A stretch of 64,000 nt of DNA from an uncultured Gemmataceae bacterium (GTDB lineage Bacteria; Planctomycetota; Planctomycetia; Gemmatales; Gemmataceae): the NCBI GenBank assembly GCA_963750165.1, contig CAVVPN010000003.1:2944001-3008000 (forward strand), read 5' to 3'. The translations under genes were made by a program, and so were the position numbers. Position 1 is the first letter of the stretch; each line of letters begins with the position of its first letter. The notes beneath the pieces are model-generated. The model did no database searches and was not told the origin of the DNA. It was given only the letters and a program-made list of their open reading frames with translations. Shown here piece by piece: positions 1 through 10,950 of the stretch.

Positions 1-3000
1 CCGCTACCGCACGGTGGACGGCTACTCCGTCTTCGGCGGCCGGGCCGACCTGCGCTTCGTCGGCGGCCAGACCAACCGCGTCGTTGCCCAGCGCGAGATG
101 GCCATTCTCGACGTGATGACCGCCAACCGCGACAAGCGCGTCTGGGCGGTGGCCCAGGGCGGCGACCTGAAAGTCGATGACAGCAACATCCCCGAATTCA
201 TCCCGGTCATCACCAACAAGCCCGGCAAGGGCCCCGGCGGCAAGCACCTCTTCCTCGATCCCGACGCCGCCATCAAAAAGATGACCGTCGCCAAGAACAT
301 GAAGGTGAACCTGTTCGCCTCGGAGAAGGATTTCCCCGAGATGGTCAACCCGGTGCAGATGACCTTTGACGCCAAGGGCCGGCTGTGGGTGGCGGTGTGG
401 CCGACCTACCCGCACTGGAAGCCCAGGGAGGACATGAACGACAAGATCCTCATCCTGGAGGACACCGACGGCGACGGCAAGGCGGACAAATGCACGGTTT
501 TCGCGGACAAGCTGCACTGCCCGACCGGCTTCGAGTTGTGGAACGGCGGCGTCATCGTCGCCCAGCAGCCGGACGTGCTATACCTGAAGGACACGAAGGG
601 CACCGGCAAGGCCGACATGCGCGTCCGCGTCATCATGGGCATGGACTCCGCCGACACGCACCACGCCGCCAACAGTTTTGTGCTCGACCCGGGCGGCGCC
701 CTGTACTGGCAAGAGGGCACCTTCCATCACACGCAGGTCGAGACGCCGTGGGCGCCGACGCTGCGCAACGTCAACGCCGGCGTCTACCGCTATGAGCCGC
801 GCACCCAGAAGTTTGACGCCTACGTCGCCTTCGGCTTCGCCAACCCGCACGGCCACGTCTTCGACCGCTGGGGCCAGGACATCGTCATCGACGGCACCGG
901 CGCCAACCCGTACCACGCGGCTCTCTTCTCCGGCCACCTGCCGTATCCGCTGCGGCACAACCGGCCGCCGCAGGTCTACCAGCAGAAGACGCGGCCCTGC
1001 CCCGGCATGGAATACCTGTCCAGCCAGCACTTCCCGCCGGAGAACAACGGCAACCTGCTGGTCGCCAACGTCATCGGCTTCCAGGGCATCTTGCAGTACA
1101 AGGTCGTGGACAACGGCGCCAGCCTGAAGGGCATTGAGGTCGAGCCGATCCTGTCCTCGACGGACCTGAACTTCCGGCCGTCGGACCTGCGCGTCGGGCC
1201 GGACGGGGCCATTTACTTCCTGGACTGGCACAATCCGATCATCGGCCACATGCAGCACAACCTGCGCGACCCGAGCCGTGACCGTGAGCACGGCCGCATT
1301 TACCGCGTCACCTACACGGGCCGGCCGCTGTCGCGGTCGCCGAAAATCGACGGCGAATCGACGGAGAAGCTGCTGGATGTGCTCAAGCATCCCGAGGACC
1401 GCGTCCGCTACCGCGCCCGCCAGGAACTGGGCAGCCGCAAGGCCGAGGACGTGCTGGCGGCGGCCAACAAATGGCTGACCGGTCTCGACCGCAACGACAA
1501 GAACTACGAGCACCACATGCTGGAGGGGCTGTGGCTGCACCAGAACCTGAACGTGGTGAATACGGACCTGCTGAAGCGCACGCTGGGCTCCAGCGACTTC
1601 CGCGCCCGCGCCGCCGCGACGCGCGTGCTGTGCTACTGGCGCGACCGCGTGCCGGACTCCCTGGAACTGCTTAAGAAGCAGGCTGCCGACAAGCACCCGC
1701 GCCTGCGCCTGGAGGCGGTGCGGGCGGCGAGCTTCTTCAAGCAGGCCGAGGCGGTGGAGGTCGTGCTGATCTCCGCCGAGCAGCCGGCCGACGAGTACAT
1801 CGAGTTCGTTCGCGGCGAGACCATGCGGGCGCTGGACCCGATCATCAAAAAGGCGCTGTCCGAGGGCAAACAGCCGCGCTTCACCAGCCTGGCGGGCGCC
1901 CGCTACTTCCTGCGCAGCGTGGACACGCCGGCGCTGCTGAAAATGAAGCGCGACAAGGCGGTGGTGCTGGAAATCCTCACGCGCAAGGGCGTGCGCGACG
2001 AGGACCGCAAGGCTGCGGTCGCCGACCTGGCGAAGCTGGACAACGTCAGCGAGCCGGTTGCCTTGCTCAGTGCCGTGCGTCTGCAGGACGAGCAGTCCGC
2101 CAACCAGGACGAAACGATGCTCTTCAACCTGGTGCGTCTGCTCCTGGAGCGCGGGCCGCAGCAGTTGCAGGGTGTCCGCGGCGAGCTGGAGAAGCTGGCC
2201 ACCGACGCCAAGACGCCGGTGACGCGGCAGCTGGGTTACGTCGCGCTGATCGCGGCGGACGGCGGCGTCGAGCCGGCGTGGAAGCTGGGCACGAAGTCCG
2301 CCGCGGCACTGCAGGACCTGGTGCAGGCGGTGCCGCTGGTGCGCGACGCGGAGCACCGCGCCGCGCTGTACCCGAAGGTCGCGCCGCTGCTGCAGGGCTT
2401 GCCACGGGAGTTGCAGGGCAAGACCGGTGCCGCCATCATGGGCCGCTACGTCCGCGTTGAGATTCCGGGCAAAAAGAAGACGTTGACGCTCGCGGAAGTG
2501 GAAGTCATCAGCAACGGCCAGAACGTCGCCCGCCAGGGCAAGGCGACGCAGAAGAACACGGCCTACGGCGGCGACGCGAGCAGGGCCATCGACGGCAACA
2601 AGAGCAGCGCTTACAACGACGGCGGCCAGACTCACTCGGTCGAGGGCACTGACAATCCGTGGTGGGAGGTGGACCTCGGCAAGGAGTACGCCATCAACAA
2701 GGTGCTGATCTACAACCGCACCGACGGCGGCCTGGGCAAGCGCCTGAACGGTTACACGCTCAAGGTGCTGGCCAAGAATCGCCAGGTCGTCTACGAGCGC
2801 AAGAAGCAGCCGGCGCCGGCGGTGAAGGCGGCGTTCGCGGTCAGCGCGGCGTCACCGGAGGTGATCGTGCGGCACGCGGCCATGCAGGCGTTGACGGCAG
2901 TGCGTGGCCAGGAGGCGGCGACGTTCAAGACACTGACGCCGTTCGTGATGAAGGACGCGGATCGCCACGCCGCGGTGCAGGCGCTGCTGCGCATCCCCGG

Positions 3001-4204
3001 CAAATACTGGCCGAAGGAGGCGGTCAAGCCGCTGCTGGAGAAGGTGCTGACGTTCGTGAAGTCGGTGCCGGTGAAGGAGCGGACGACGCCGGAGGCACTG
3101 GACGCGCTGCAGCTGGCGGACAACCTCGCGGGCCAGCTGCCGCTGGCGGAGGCGCGGCAGGTGCGGCAGCTGCTGGGTGAGCTGGGCGTGCGCGTCATCC
3201 GCATGGGCACGGTGCCGGACCAGATGCGTTTCGACAAGGATCGCATCGTGGTCAAGGCCGGCAAGCAGGTGGAAATCCTGTTCGACAACAACGACCTGAT
3301 GCCGCACAACCTGGTGGTGGTGCAGCCGGGGTCGCTGGAGGAGATCGGCAACCTGGCGGAGGCGTCGGCGACGGACCCGGCGGCGCTGGCACGGCAATAC
3401 GTGCCGCCGAGCAAGAAGGTGCTGCACGCGACGCGGCTGCTGGCGCCGCGCGAGTCGCAGAAGCTGAGCTTCGTGGCGCCGAAGGTGCCGGGCGTCTACC
3501 CGTATGTCTGCACCTACCCCGGCCACTGGCGGCGCATGTACGGGGCGCTGTACGTGGTGCCGGACCTGGAGGAATATCTGGCGAACCCCGAGGGCTACCT
3601 GGCCAAGAACCCGCTGCCGGCCAAGGACGAGCTGCTGAAGTTCACGCGGCCGCGGACGGAGTGGAAATACGAGGACGTGGCGCCGGCGGTGGCGAAGATG
3701 AAGGACGGCCGGTCGTTCGCCAATGGCAAGCTGATGTTCACGGTGGCGAACTGCATTGCCTGCCACAAGCTGAACAACGTCGGCCAGGAGATCGGCCCGG
3801 ACCTGACCAAACTGGACGCCAAGCAGAAAAAGCCGCTGGAGGTGCTCAGGGACGTGCTGGAGCCGTCGTTCCGCATCAACGAAAAGTATCAGAGCTACAT
3901 CTTCGAGACGGACGAGGGCAAATTCATCACCGGCATGCTCGTCAAGAAGACGGGCAAGGAGTACCACGTGCTGGAGAACCCGCTGGCCAAGGCGCAGCCG
4001 ACCATCCTCAAGGCGGAGAACGTGGTCAGCAGCAAGAAGTCGCCGGTGTCCATCATGCCCAAGGGGCAGCTGGACCAGCTGACGCATGAGGAGATTCTGG
4101 ACCTCGTTGCCTATGTGGTGGCGGGCGGCAATCCGCGGGACGCGCTGTTCCAGGGCGGCCACGAACACCACGGGGAGAAGAAGGAGAAGGAACACAAGCA
4201 CTGA
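1..4204 (+). CDS. PVC-type heme-binding CxxCH multidomain protein (membrane-bound dehydrogenase-like beta-propeller, HEAT-like repeats, F5/8-type discoidin, cupredoxin, cytochrome c); 5' end outside window
   Basis: Open frame to stop at 4204. Motifs: NPVQMTFDAKGRLWV...ILEDTDGDGKAD, FRPSDLRVGPDGAIYFLDWHN, LTLAEVEV...AIDGN...NPWWEVDLG (discoidin), PHNLVV...CTYPGHWRRM (type-1 Cu), NCIACH...IGPDLT...SIMP (cyt c). Confidence 0.9.
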   Translation, partial: RYRTVDGYSVFGGRADLRFVGGQTNRVVAQREMAILDVMTANRDKRVWAVAQGGDLKVDDSNIPEFIPVITNKPGKGPGGKHLFLDPDAAIKKMTVAKNMKVNLFASEKDFPEMVNPVQMTFDAKGRLWVAVWPTYPHWKPREDMNDKILILEDTDGDGKADKCTVFADKLHCPTGFELWNGGVIVAQQPDVLYLKDTKGTGKADMRVRVIMGMDSADTHHAANSFVLDPGGALYWQEGTFHHTQVETPWAPTLRNVNAGVYRYEPRTQKFDAYVAFGFANPHGHVFDRWGQDIVIDGTGANPYHAALFSGHLPYPLRHNRPPQVYQQKTRPCPGMEYLSSQHFPPENNGNLLVANVIGFQGILQYKVVDNGASLKGIEVEPILSSTDLNFRPSDLRVGPDGAIYFLDWHNPIIGHMQHNLRDPSRDREHGRIYRVTYTGRPLSRSPKIDGESTEKLLDVLKHPEDRVRYRARQELGSRKAEDVLAAANKWLTGLDRNDKNYEHHMLEGLWLHQNLNVVNTDLLKRTLGSSDFRARAAATRVLCYWRDRVPDSLELLKKQAADKHPRLRLEAVRAASFFKQAEAVEVVLISAEQPADEYIEFVRGETMRALDPIIKKALSEGKQPRFTSLAGARYFLRSVDTPALLKMKRDKAVVLEILTRKGVRDEDRKAAVADLAKLDNVSEPVALLSAVRLQDEQSANQDETMLFNLVRLLLERGPQQLQGVRGELEKLATDAKTPVTRQLGYVALIAADGGVEPAWKLGTKSAAALQDLVQAVPLVRDAEHRAALYPKVAPLLQGLPRELQGKTGAAIMGRYVRVEIPGKKKTLTLAEVEVISNGQNVARQGKATQKNTAYGGDASRAIDGNKSSAYNDGGQTHSVEGTDNPWWEVDLGKEYAINKVLIYNRTDGGLGKRLNGYTLKVLAKNRQVVYERKKQPAPAVKAAFAVSAASPEVIVRHAAMQALTAVRGQEAATFKTLTPFVMKDADRHAAVQALLRIPGKYWPKEAVKPLLEKVLTFVKSVPVKERTTPEALDALQLADNLAGQLPLAEARQVRQLLGELGVRVIRMGTVPDQMRFDKDRIVVKAGKQVEILFDNNDLMPHNLVVVQPGSLEEIGNLAEASATDPAALARQYVPPSKKVLHATRLLAPRESQKLSFVAPKVPGVYPYVCTYPGHWRRMYGALYVVPDLEEYLANPEGYLAKNPLPAKDELLKFTRPRTEWKYEDVAPAVAKMKDGRSFANGKLMFTVANCIACHKLNNVGQEIGPDLTKLDAKQKKPLEVLRDVLEPSFRINEKYQSYIFETDEGKFITGMLVKKTGKEYHVLENPLAKAQPTILKAENVVSSKKSPVSIMPKGQLDQLTHEEILDLVAYVVAGGNPRDALFQGGHEHHGEKKEKEHKH

Positions 4205-4311
4205 TTGGTGTTAGCATTTCCGTGGTGGCACCTCGGTGACGCCGGGTGCCATGCTTTCACGGCCCTTCGGAGACCTGGTTTGTGCATGATGGCAAGCAGG
4301 GCCGCGAAAGC

Positions 4312-5451
4312 ATGGCACCCCAGATGACGCTGCGCCTGGGCGTGGTGCGTGACGCCCGCGTGGAGCGCTGGCCGAGCATGGACCTGTGCGCCGACCAGCT
4401 CCTCGCCCAGCTGCCGCCGACCGTCGCCGCGACCGACCTCGACGCCCCCTTCCGCCGCCGCGCCCAGATGCTGCCGATCCTCGGCCGACGAACCGCCGCG
4501 TTCAACGCCGACCGGGCGCTGCACCGGCACGTCGCGCTGCCGCGCTTCCTCCGCCGCCGGGCCGCCGACTTCGACTTTTTCCACATCGTGGACCACAGCT
4601 ACGCCCATGCGGTGCTGGCGCTGCCGCCCGGCCGGGCCGGCGTCTACTGCCACGACCTCGACGCCTTCCGCTCGCTGCTCGAACCGGAGCGCGAGCCGCG
4701 GCCGTGGTGGTTCCGCTGGCTCGCCCGCCGCACCCTGCGCGGCCTCCAGACCGCCGCCCTGGTGTTCCACAACTCGACCGAGGTGGGCCGTCAGCTCACG
4801 GACAGCGGCCTCGTACCGGCGACCCGGCTCGTCCACGCACCGCTCGGCGTCGCCGCCGAATTCACCGCGGCCGAAACCGGACAGGTTGAGCTGCCGGCCC
4901 CGGGCTGGCCCACCGGTCCGTATCTCCTGCACGTCGGCAGCCACCTGCCGCGCAAGCGCATCGACGTGCTGCTCGACGTGTTCGCGGCCGTGCGGGCGAA
5001 GCATCCGGGCGTCCGGCTGGTGCAGGTCGGGCCGCCGTGGTCCGCCGCGGCCGCCGGGCGCATCGAGCGGCTCGGGGTCGGAGCGGCCGTCGTGCAGTTC
5101 AGCGGCCTGAGCCGCGGCCAGCTGGCGGCGCTGTATCGGCGGGCCGCGGCGGTCCTGGTCCCCAGCGCGGCTGAGGGCTTCGGCCTGCCGGTGATCGAGG
5201 CGCTGGCGTGCGGCGCGGCGGTGGTGGCGAGCGATCTGCCGGTGCTGCGCGAGGTCGGCGGCGCCGCCGTCGTCTTCCGCTCCGTGGCCGACGTGCCGGC
5301 GTGGGCCGCGGCCGTGGCGGCGTTGCTGATCGACCCCGCCCAGGCCCCGCCGCCGGACGTGCGTATCGCCCAGGCCGCGCGCTTCACCTGGACAGCCCAC
5401 GCCCGGGTCATCGCCGACGCTTACGGCCGGCTGGCCGCGGAGGGCCGATGA
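4312..5451 (+). CDS. Glycosyltransferase family 4 (GT-B)
   Basis: LLHVGSHLPRKRIDVLL and VPSAAEGFGLPVIEALACG (E-x7-E motif). Start taken at ATG 4312. Confidence 0.9.
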   Translation: MAPQMTLRLGVVRDARVERWPSMDLCADQLLAQLPPTVAATDLDAPFRRRAQMLPILGRRTAAFNADRALHRHVALPRFLRRRAADFDFFHIVDHSYAHAVLALPPGRAGVYCHDLDAFRSLLEPEREPRPWWFRWLARRTLRGLQTAALVFHNSTEVGRQLTDSGLVPATRLVHAPLGVAAEFTAAETGQVELPAPGWPTGPYLLHVGSHLPRKRIDVLLDVFAAVRAKHPGVRLVQVGPPWSAAAAGRIERLGVGAAVVQFSGLSRGQLAALYRRAAAVLVPSAAEGFGLPVIEALACGAAVVASDLPVLREVGGAAVVFRSVADVPAWAAAVAALLIDPAQAPPPDVRIAQAARFTWTAHARVIADAYGRLAAEGR

Positions 5452-6785
5452 GGCTGTTATTGCTCAACCCCAGTGGCGGCCTCGGCGGGGCCGAGCGCGT
5501 GCTGCTCGCCGCCCTGCAGGCGCTGCGGCACGGTCGGCCGCGGGACGAGCTGCACCTGCTCACCCTCGCCGACGGCCCGCTGCTGGCCGCCGCCCGGGCG
5601 CTCGGCGTGACGGCGGAAGCGCTGCCCGTACCCGCGGGCCTGGCGGGCCTGGGCGACAGCCAGCTGCGCCAGGGCGGCTCGTGGCGCCGCCTTGGAAGCG
5701 TGCTCCGCCAAGGCCTGGCGGCTGCCCCCGCCGCCGCGGAACTGCTCCGTCACCTGTCGCGCCGGCTGCGCCAGCTGCGGCCCGCCCTGATCCACTCCAA
5801 CGGCCTGAAAACCCATATCCTCAGCGCCCTGGTCCGGCCGGCCGGTGTGCCGCTGGTCTGGCACGCCCACGATTTTTACGGCGCCCGCCCGCTGGCACGG
5901 CGGCTGCTGCCCTGGCTCGGCAAGGGCGTGCGCGTGCTGGCGATCTCGGCGGCGGTCGGCCGCGATGTGCAGGCGCTGCTGCCGCGCGCTCCGGTCACAG
6001 TGCTGCCCAACGCCGTGGACACCCGGGCCTTCGCCCCCGGCCCCGGCGACGGCGCCGGGCTCGACCGCCTCGCCGGACTGGACCCGGCCCCCGCTGGCGT
6101 GGTCCGCGTCGGCCTGGTCGCCACCTACGCGCGCTGGAAGGGCCACGGCGTTTTCCTGGAAGCGCTGGGCCGTCTGCGGCGGAGCCAGCCCGATCTGCCC
6201 GTGCGCGGCTACGTGGTTGGCGGCCCCATCTATCAGACGCAGGGCTCGCAGGTGTCGCGGGCGGAGTTGCGCGAGGCGGCCCGGCACTGGGGGGTGGCGG
6301 ACTGCGTTGGCTTCGTCGAGTTTCAGGCGGACCCCGTGCCAGTGTACCGCGCCCTGGATGTGATGGTCCACGCCAGCACGCAGCCGGAGCCGTTCGGGTT
6401 GACCGTCATTGAGGCCCTGGCGTGCGGCCGGGCGATCGTCGTCAGCGCGGCGGGCGGCGCGGCCGAGCTGTTCACCCACGACCACGACGCCCTGGGGGTG
6501 CCGCCGGGGGACGCCACCGCCCTGGCGGCGGCCCTGGAGCGACTGGCGAACGACGAACCCCTGCGCCGGCGGCTCGGCGCCGACGGCCGCGCCACCGTCC
6601 TCGCCCGCTTCGATCAGGAGCGGTTCGTCCGGCAGTTCCTTGGGTTCTATGAAGAAGTGTTGGCGAGCGGGGCGCAGATCCCGGGAGGAATCAACGATCG
6701 GCAAAGTTACACGGTGAATTCCACAAACTCTCAATCCTCGGATAAAACAGCCGCGGAGCAAAATGAAGATCCCGTAAAATTTTGA
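5448..6785 (+). CDS. Glycosyltransferase family 4
   Basis: MRLLLLNPSGGLGGAERV N-terminus, ATYARWKGH, PEPFGLTVIEALACG. ATGA overlap with the upstream stop implies translational coupling. Confidence 0.9.
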   Translation: MRLLLLNPSGGLGGAERVLLAALQALRHGRPRDELHLLTLADGPLLAAARALGVTAEALPVPAGLAGLGDSQLRQGGSWRRLGSVLRQGLAAAPAAAELLRHLSRRLRQLRPALIHSNGLKTHILSALVRPAGVPLVWHAHDFYGARPLARRLLPWLGKGVRVLAISAAVGRDVQALLPRAPVTVLPNAVDTRAFAPGPGDGAGLDRLAGLDPAPAGVVRVGLVATYARWKGHGVFLEALGRLRRSQPDLPVRGYVVGGPIYQTQGSQVSRAELREAARHWGVADCVGFVEFQADPVPVYRALDVMVHASTQPEPFGLTVIEALACGRAIVVSAAGGAAELFTHDHDALGVPPGDATALAAALERLANDEPLRRRLGADGRATVLARFDQERFVRQFLGFYEEVLASGAQIPGGINDRQSYTVNSTNSQSSDKTAAEQNEDPVKF

Positions 6786-6897
6786 AGAATGCAATAATTG
6801 CGACATTGTAATGACTCGGGCCTGGGATAAAGTGATTTTTTATTCTTTCACGTGAATGCGAGTTGTTCTTGTCTCCGCCTTATTCATTGGAGGTCGC

Positions 6898-7845
<948 letters not shown>

Positions 7846-7878
7846 CGCGGGCGCAAACCGAAATCACGAGGACTCATC

Positions 7879-8343
7879 ATGGGGTATCGTTTGTGGGCGG
7901 TCGCTGGCGTCCTCGCGGCCGCCCTGGTCGGCGGTTGCGGCACGGGCAAACCGGAGCCGCCGCCGATCGTTCCGGTCGAGGGCGTCGTCCTGCTGGAGGG
8001 CAGGCCGCTGAACAAGGTCGTGGTGCAGTTCCAGCCGGCGACCAACCACGACCCGGAGTACCTGGCGACCGGCGTGACCGACGAGAAGGGGCGGTTCAAA
8101 CTGACCTGCAAGGGCCAGCCCGGGGCGTGCTCCGGGGAGAACCAGGTGGCCGTGAAGGAAGCGGATTTCCCGCCCGAGCTCATGGGCGCGGGCCCGACGA
8201 AATATCAGAAACGCCGGGAGTACCTCGACGCGCTGGGCCCCCGGCCGCCGACGAAGTACGGCAACTTCGCGGAAAGCCCGCTGAAGGTCCGGGTGTCCGC
8301 TGACAGGAAGGAATACACCCTGGAACTGAAGCGCGAGCAGTGA
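7879..8343 (+). CDS. DUF1559-associated lipoprotein (carboxypeptidase-regulatory-like fold)
   Basis: Lipobox-like LVGGC, VPVEGVVLLEGRPL...GVTDEKGRFKL...P.KY...SPL, typical of the partner of DUF1559 genes. Confidence 0.8.
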   Translation: MGYRLWAVAGVLAAALVGGCGTGKPEPPPIVPVEGVVLLEGRPLNKVVVQFQPATNHDPEYLATGVTDEKGRFKLTCKGQPGACSGENQVAVKEADFPPELMGAGPTKYQKRREYLDALGPRPPTKYGNFAESPLKVRVSADRKEYTLELKREQ

Positions 8344-8367
8344 CGGCTTCGCTCGGGCTCTGACAGG

Positions 8368-8418
8368 AAACGCCACGCGGCGGGTGGGAGATGTTCTCCC
8401 ACCCGCCGCGTGGCGTTT
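8368..8418. terminator. Bidirectional terminator-like hairpin
   Basis: 24-bp perfect inverted repeat AAACGCCACGCGGCGGGTGGGAGA / TCTCCCACCCGCCGCGTGGCGTTT between convergent genes. Confidence 0.7.
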
Positions 8419-8438
8419 TCCACGTTTGCCAGCGCCGG

Positions 8439-9039
8439 TCAGCAGAGCAGCAATTCCGTCAGCCCGAGCTGCTGGGCGACCCGGTTGCAGGCGCGGGACA
8501 GTTTCTTGCGCACTGCCTCGGCGGAGGAGCCTTGCTCGGCGGCGATAGCGGACCAGTCATCGCCCTGGGCGCACTGCTCAGCGAGACGGCGTTCCTCGCT
8601 GGTCAGGCGCCGAAAAAACTCGTTCAGCAGTTCATGGCCGGCGACGATGCGGCTCGGCGGCGGTTCGCTGGCGGCGAGCAGGGCCAGGTCGCCGCCCGAG
8701 CGCTGATCCTGCAAGCGCCGCCGGTCGCGCCGCTGGGCCTGGTACTTGCGGGCCTCGTCCCGGACCTTGTTGCGCGCCATGGTTACGAGCAGCTTGAGAA
8801 GCTGCTCGGCGTCGTCCACCTGGAACTCCCCCGCCACGGCCCGCGCGAAGAAGGTGGCCAGGATCGACTGCGAGATGTCACCGACATCCATGACGCGGTG
8901 CAGGCTGAAAACTGGTCAGGAACAGGCGAATCGGTTTGTAGATTACCGGCTCGACGCGTCGTACCAGTTCGGTGGCGGCCTCCTGCTCTCTCGCACGCAC
9001 CCGCCGGATCAAATCCTGAAACTGCGACTGCGTTATCAT
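8439..9039 (-). CDS. ECF-type RNA polymerase sigma-70 factor, apparent frameshift at ~8910
   Basis: Read manually: GGAGG then ATG 9039 gives MITQSQFQDLIRRVRAREQEAATELVRRVEP..., which joins the 8439..8891 ORF (DISQSILATFF...LLVTMARNK...AVRKKLSRA) if one T of a T4 run (plus-strand A 8908-8911) is removed. Confidence 0.8.
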
Positions 9040-9184
9040 GCAGGTCCTCCGTTAACCACTCGAAAACTACAGGGGCGGACAGCGACCGGGAGTGCCGGGG
9101 AGAAAGCGCCGCCCGCGCCCCTCCACGGTGACGGGACCGGTGACCTGGGAAGTGCAAACCGGCCGGCGCGGCTGGCTGAACGTC

Positions 9185-10594
9185 TTACGCATCCAACCCG
9201 AAGCAGGAAAGGGGGCCGAAATACCAGTCCTCGTGGCCGGGATCGTCGTAGTGCCAGCCGTCGCAGTCTCCGCCGTGGCCGCTGGTTTGGTTGCCGTAAA
9301 TCTGGTTGTTCGGCGAGTTCGTCAGCCGGATGGCCAGGCCAACGTTCTGGACGAGGACGTTGCCCGTGATCCGGTTGCCCGTCGAGTCGGTCAGACTGAT
9401 ACCGTCGCCGCCGGTGCCGGTCACGCGGTTGCCCTGGATCGCATTGTTGTTGGAGGTCACCAGCTGAATGCCGTACGCGGAGTTGTCGTCCAGCTCGTTG
9501 CCTTCGATCTCGTTGTGGTTGCTGCTCTCCAGGTACACGCCACCGAAGTTGACGCTCCCGGAGAGGTTGTTGTCCTCGATCTCGTTACCGCTGGAGTCCA
9601 GCATGGAGACGCCATCGCCGCCGCTGTGGGTGACACAGTTGCCCTCGACCTCGGTGTTCGTGGCGCTGGTCAGGATGATGCCGTCGTACAGGCTGTTGCG
9701 GACGGTGTTGCCAATCACGAAGGCGTCGCTCGCCTGCAACACCTGCAGGCCGGAGCCGTTCTGGCTCAGGTCATTGCCGGACACGAGGGTCGGCCGGCTC
9801 GTCTGGTAGATGAGGACGCCCAGGGCGGTGATGTCGCCGGGGGCGCTGTAATTGTTCTGGGAGATGGTGTTGCCCACGATGATGGCGGTGGCGCCGAAGC
9901 CGACCTGGACGCCGTTCTGGGCCACCACCGCCGTCGGCCCGATGCCGGTGATGGTGTTGTCCTTGACCACGGCCGCCGACTGGTTGCCGTCGATGATGAT
10001 GCCACCCTTCTCGTAGCCAGTGATGACGTTGTGCGTCACGAGGGCAGAGCCGCCTATGAACCCGGTCGGGTCGCCGTTGTCGCCCACGCGGATGCCGTAG
10101 CCGTATGGATTGCTGGGGCCGCTGAACGTGTTCTGAATGGTGTTATTGTGGATGTCGGCCGAGCCGTGGTTCAGGACGCGGATGGCCGCGTCCAGCGGTT
10201 GGTGGTTGCCGTCCACCACGAAGCCTTCGACCTCCACGCACGTGGCACCGATGATGTTGATGATGCCGGTGTTGCTGGCGATGTTGGTGGGGGCGATGAT
10301 GGTGGCCCGGCCGCTGTGCTCGGCGACCAGATCGATGCCGTTCTTGGTGATGGTGACCGACTCGGCATAGACGCCGTCGCTCACCCGAATGGTGTCACCG
10401 TTTTTGGCCGCGGTCAGGGCCGCGGTGATGGTGGAGTAGTTGTTGGCGCCATGGGGGCCTCCCACCGTAAGGGTGGACGGCACCCAACGCCCCTCAAGTC
10501 CTTCGAGGTGGAGGCGGTTGGTCGTCTTCCGGGCGGGACGGGAAGGCTTCGCGAACCAAGCCGCTATCCATTGTCGCAGCTTCTTGAACCACAT
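9185..10594 (-). CDS. Secreted right-handed parallel beta-helix protein (pectate lyase/NosD-like)
   Basis: N-terminal RLHLEGLEGRWVPS planctomycete export motif, YSTITAAL...GDTIRVSDGVY, repeated GI.L..S.NN.I.GN turns. Confidence 0.85.
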   Translation of the reverse strand: MWFKKLRQWIAAWFAKPSRPARKTTNRLHLEGLEGRWVPSTLTVGGPHGANNYSTITAALTAAKNGDTIRVSDGVYAESVTITKNGIDLVAEHSGRATIIAPTNIASNTGIINIIGATCVEVEGFVVDGNHQPLDAAIRVLNHGSADIHNNTIQNTFSGPSNPYGYGIRVGDNGDPTGFIGGSALVTHNVITGYEKGGIIIDGNQSAAVVKDNTITGIGPTAVVAQNGVQVGFGATAIIVGNTISQNNYSAPGDITALGVLIYQTSRPTLVSGNDLSQNGSGLQVLQASDAFVIGNTVRNSLYDGIILTSATNTEVEGNCVTHSGGDGVSMLDSSGNEIEDNNLSGSVNFGGVYLESSNHNEIEGNELDDNSAYGIQLVTSNNNAIQGNRVTGTGGDGISLTDSTGNRITGNVLVQNVGLAIRLTNSPNNQIYGNQTSGHGGDCDGWHYDDPGHEDWYFGPLSCFGLDA

Positions 10595-10950
10595 GCTCGT
10601 TCTCTCCGAGGAACCAGAAGGGATCATTCGACGCCGGTTGGCGGGCCCTTCAGAGGAAGGGCGGCACCTGGCACAACGAGTTCTACGGTGCGGGATGTGG
10701 GGAAGGTGAGGTGTAAGACGGCTCTGAAGAGCCGTCCTACATCTCCTCCATTCCCCACCTCGCACAGTAGAACTATCAAAACAGGGGTGAAATCTGACCG
10801 AACCGGGGGTTCCCAATCATCAGGAACGCGGTTAGGGGGAGCGGCCCAGTCTTTCGGAGATTGTTTTATTAACCCGTCAGGGTGGTGTCGTGAAAAGAAC
10901 GTGAAACACTAAAGTACGTTCCGTGTCACCCCACGGCCAACTCCGTTTCC

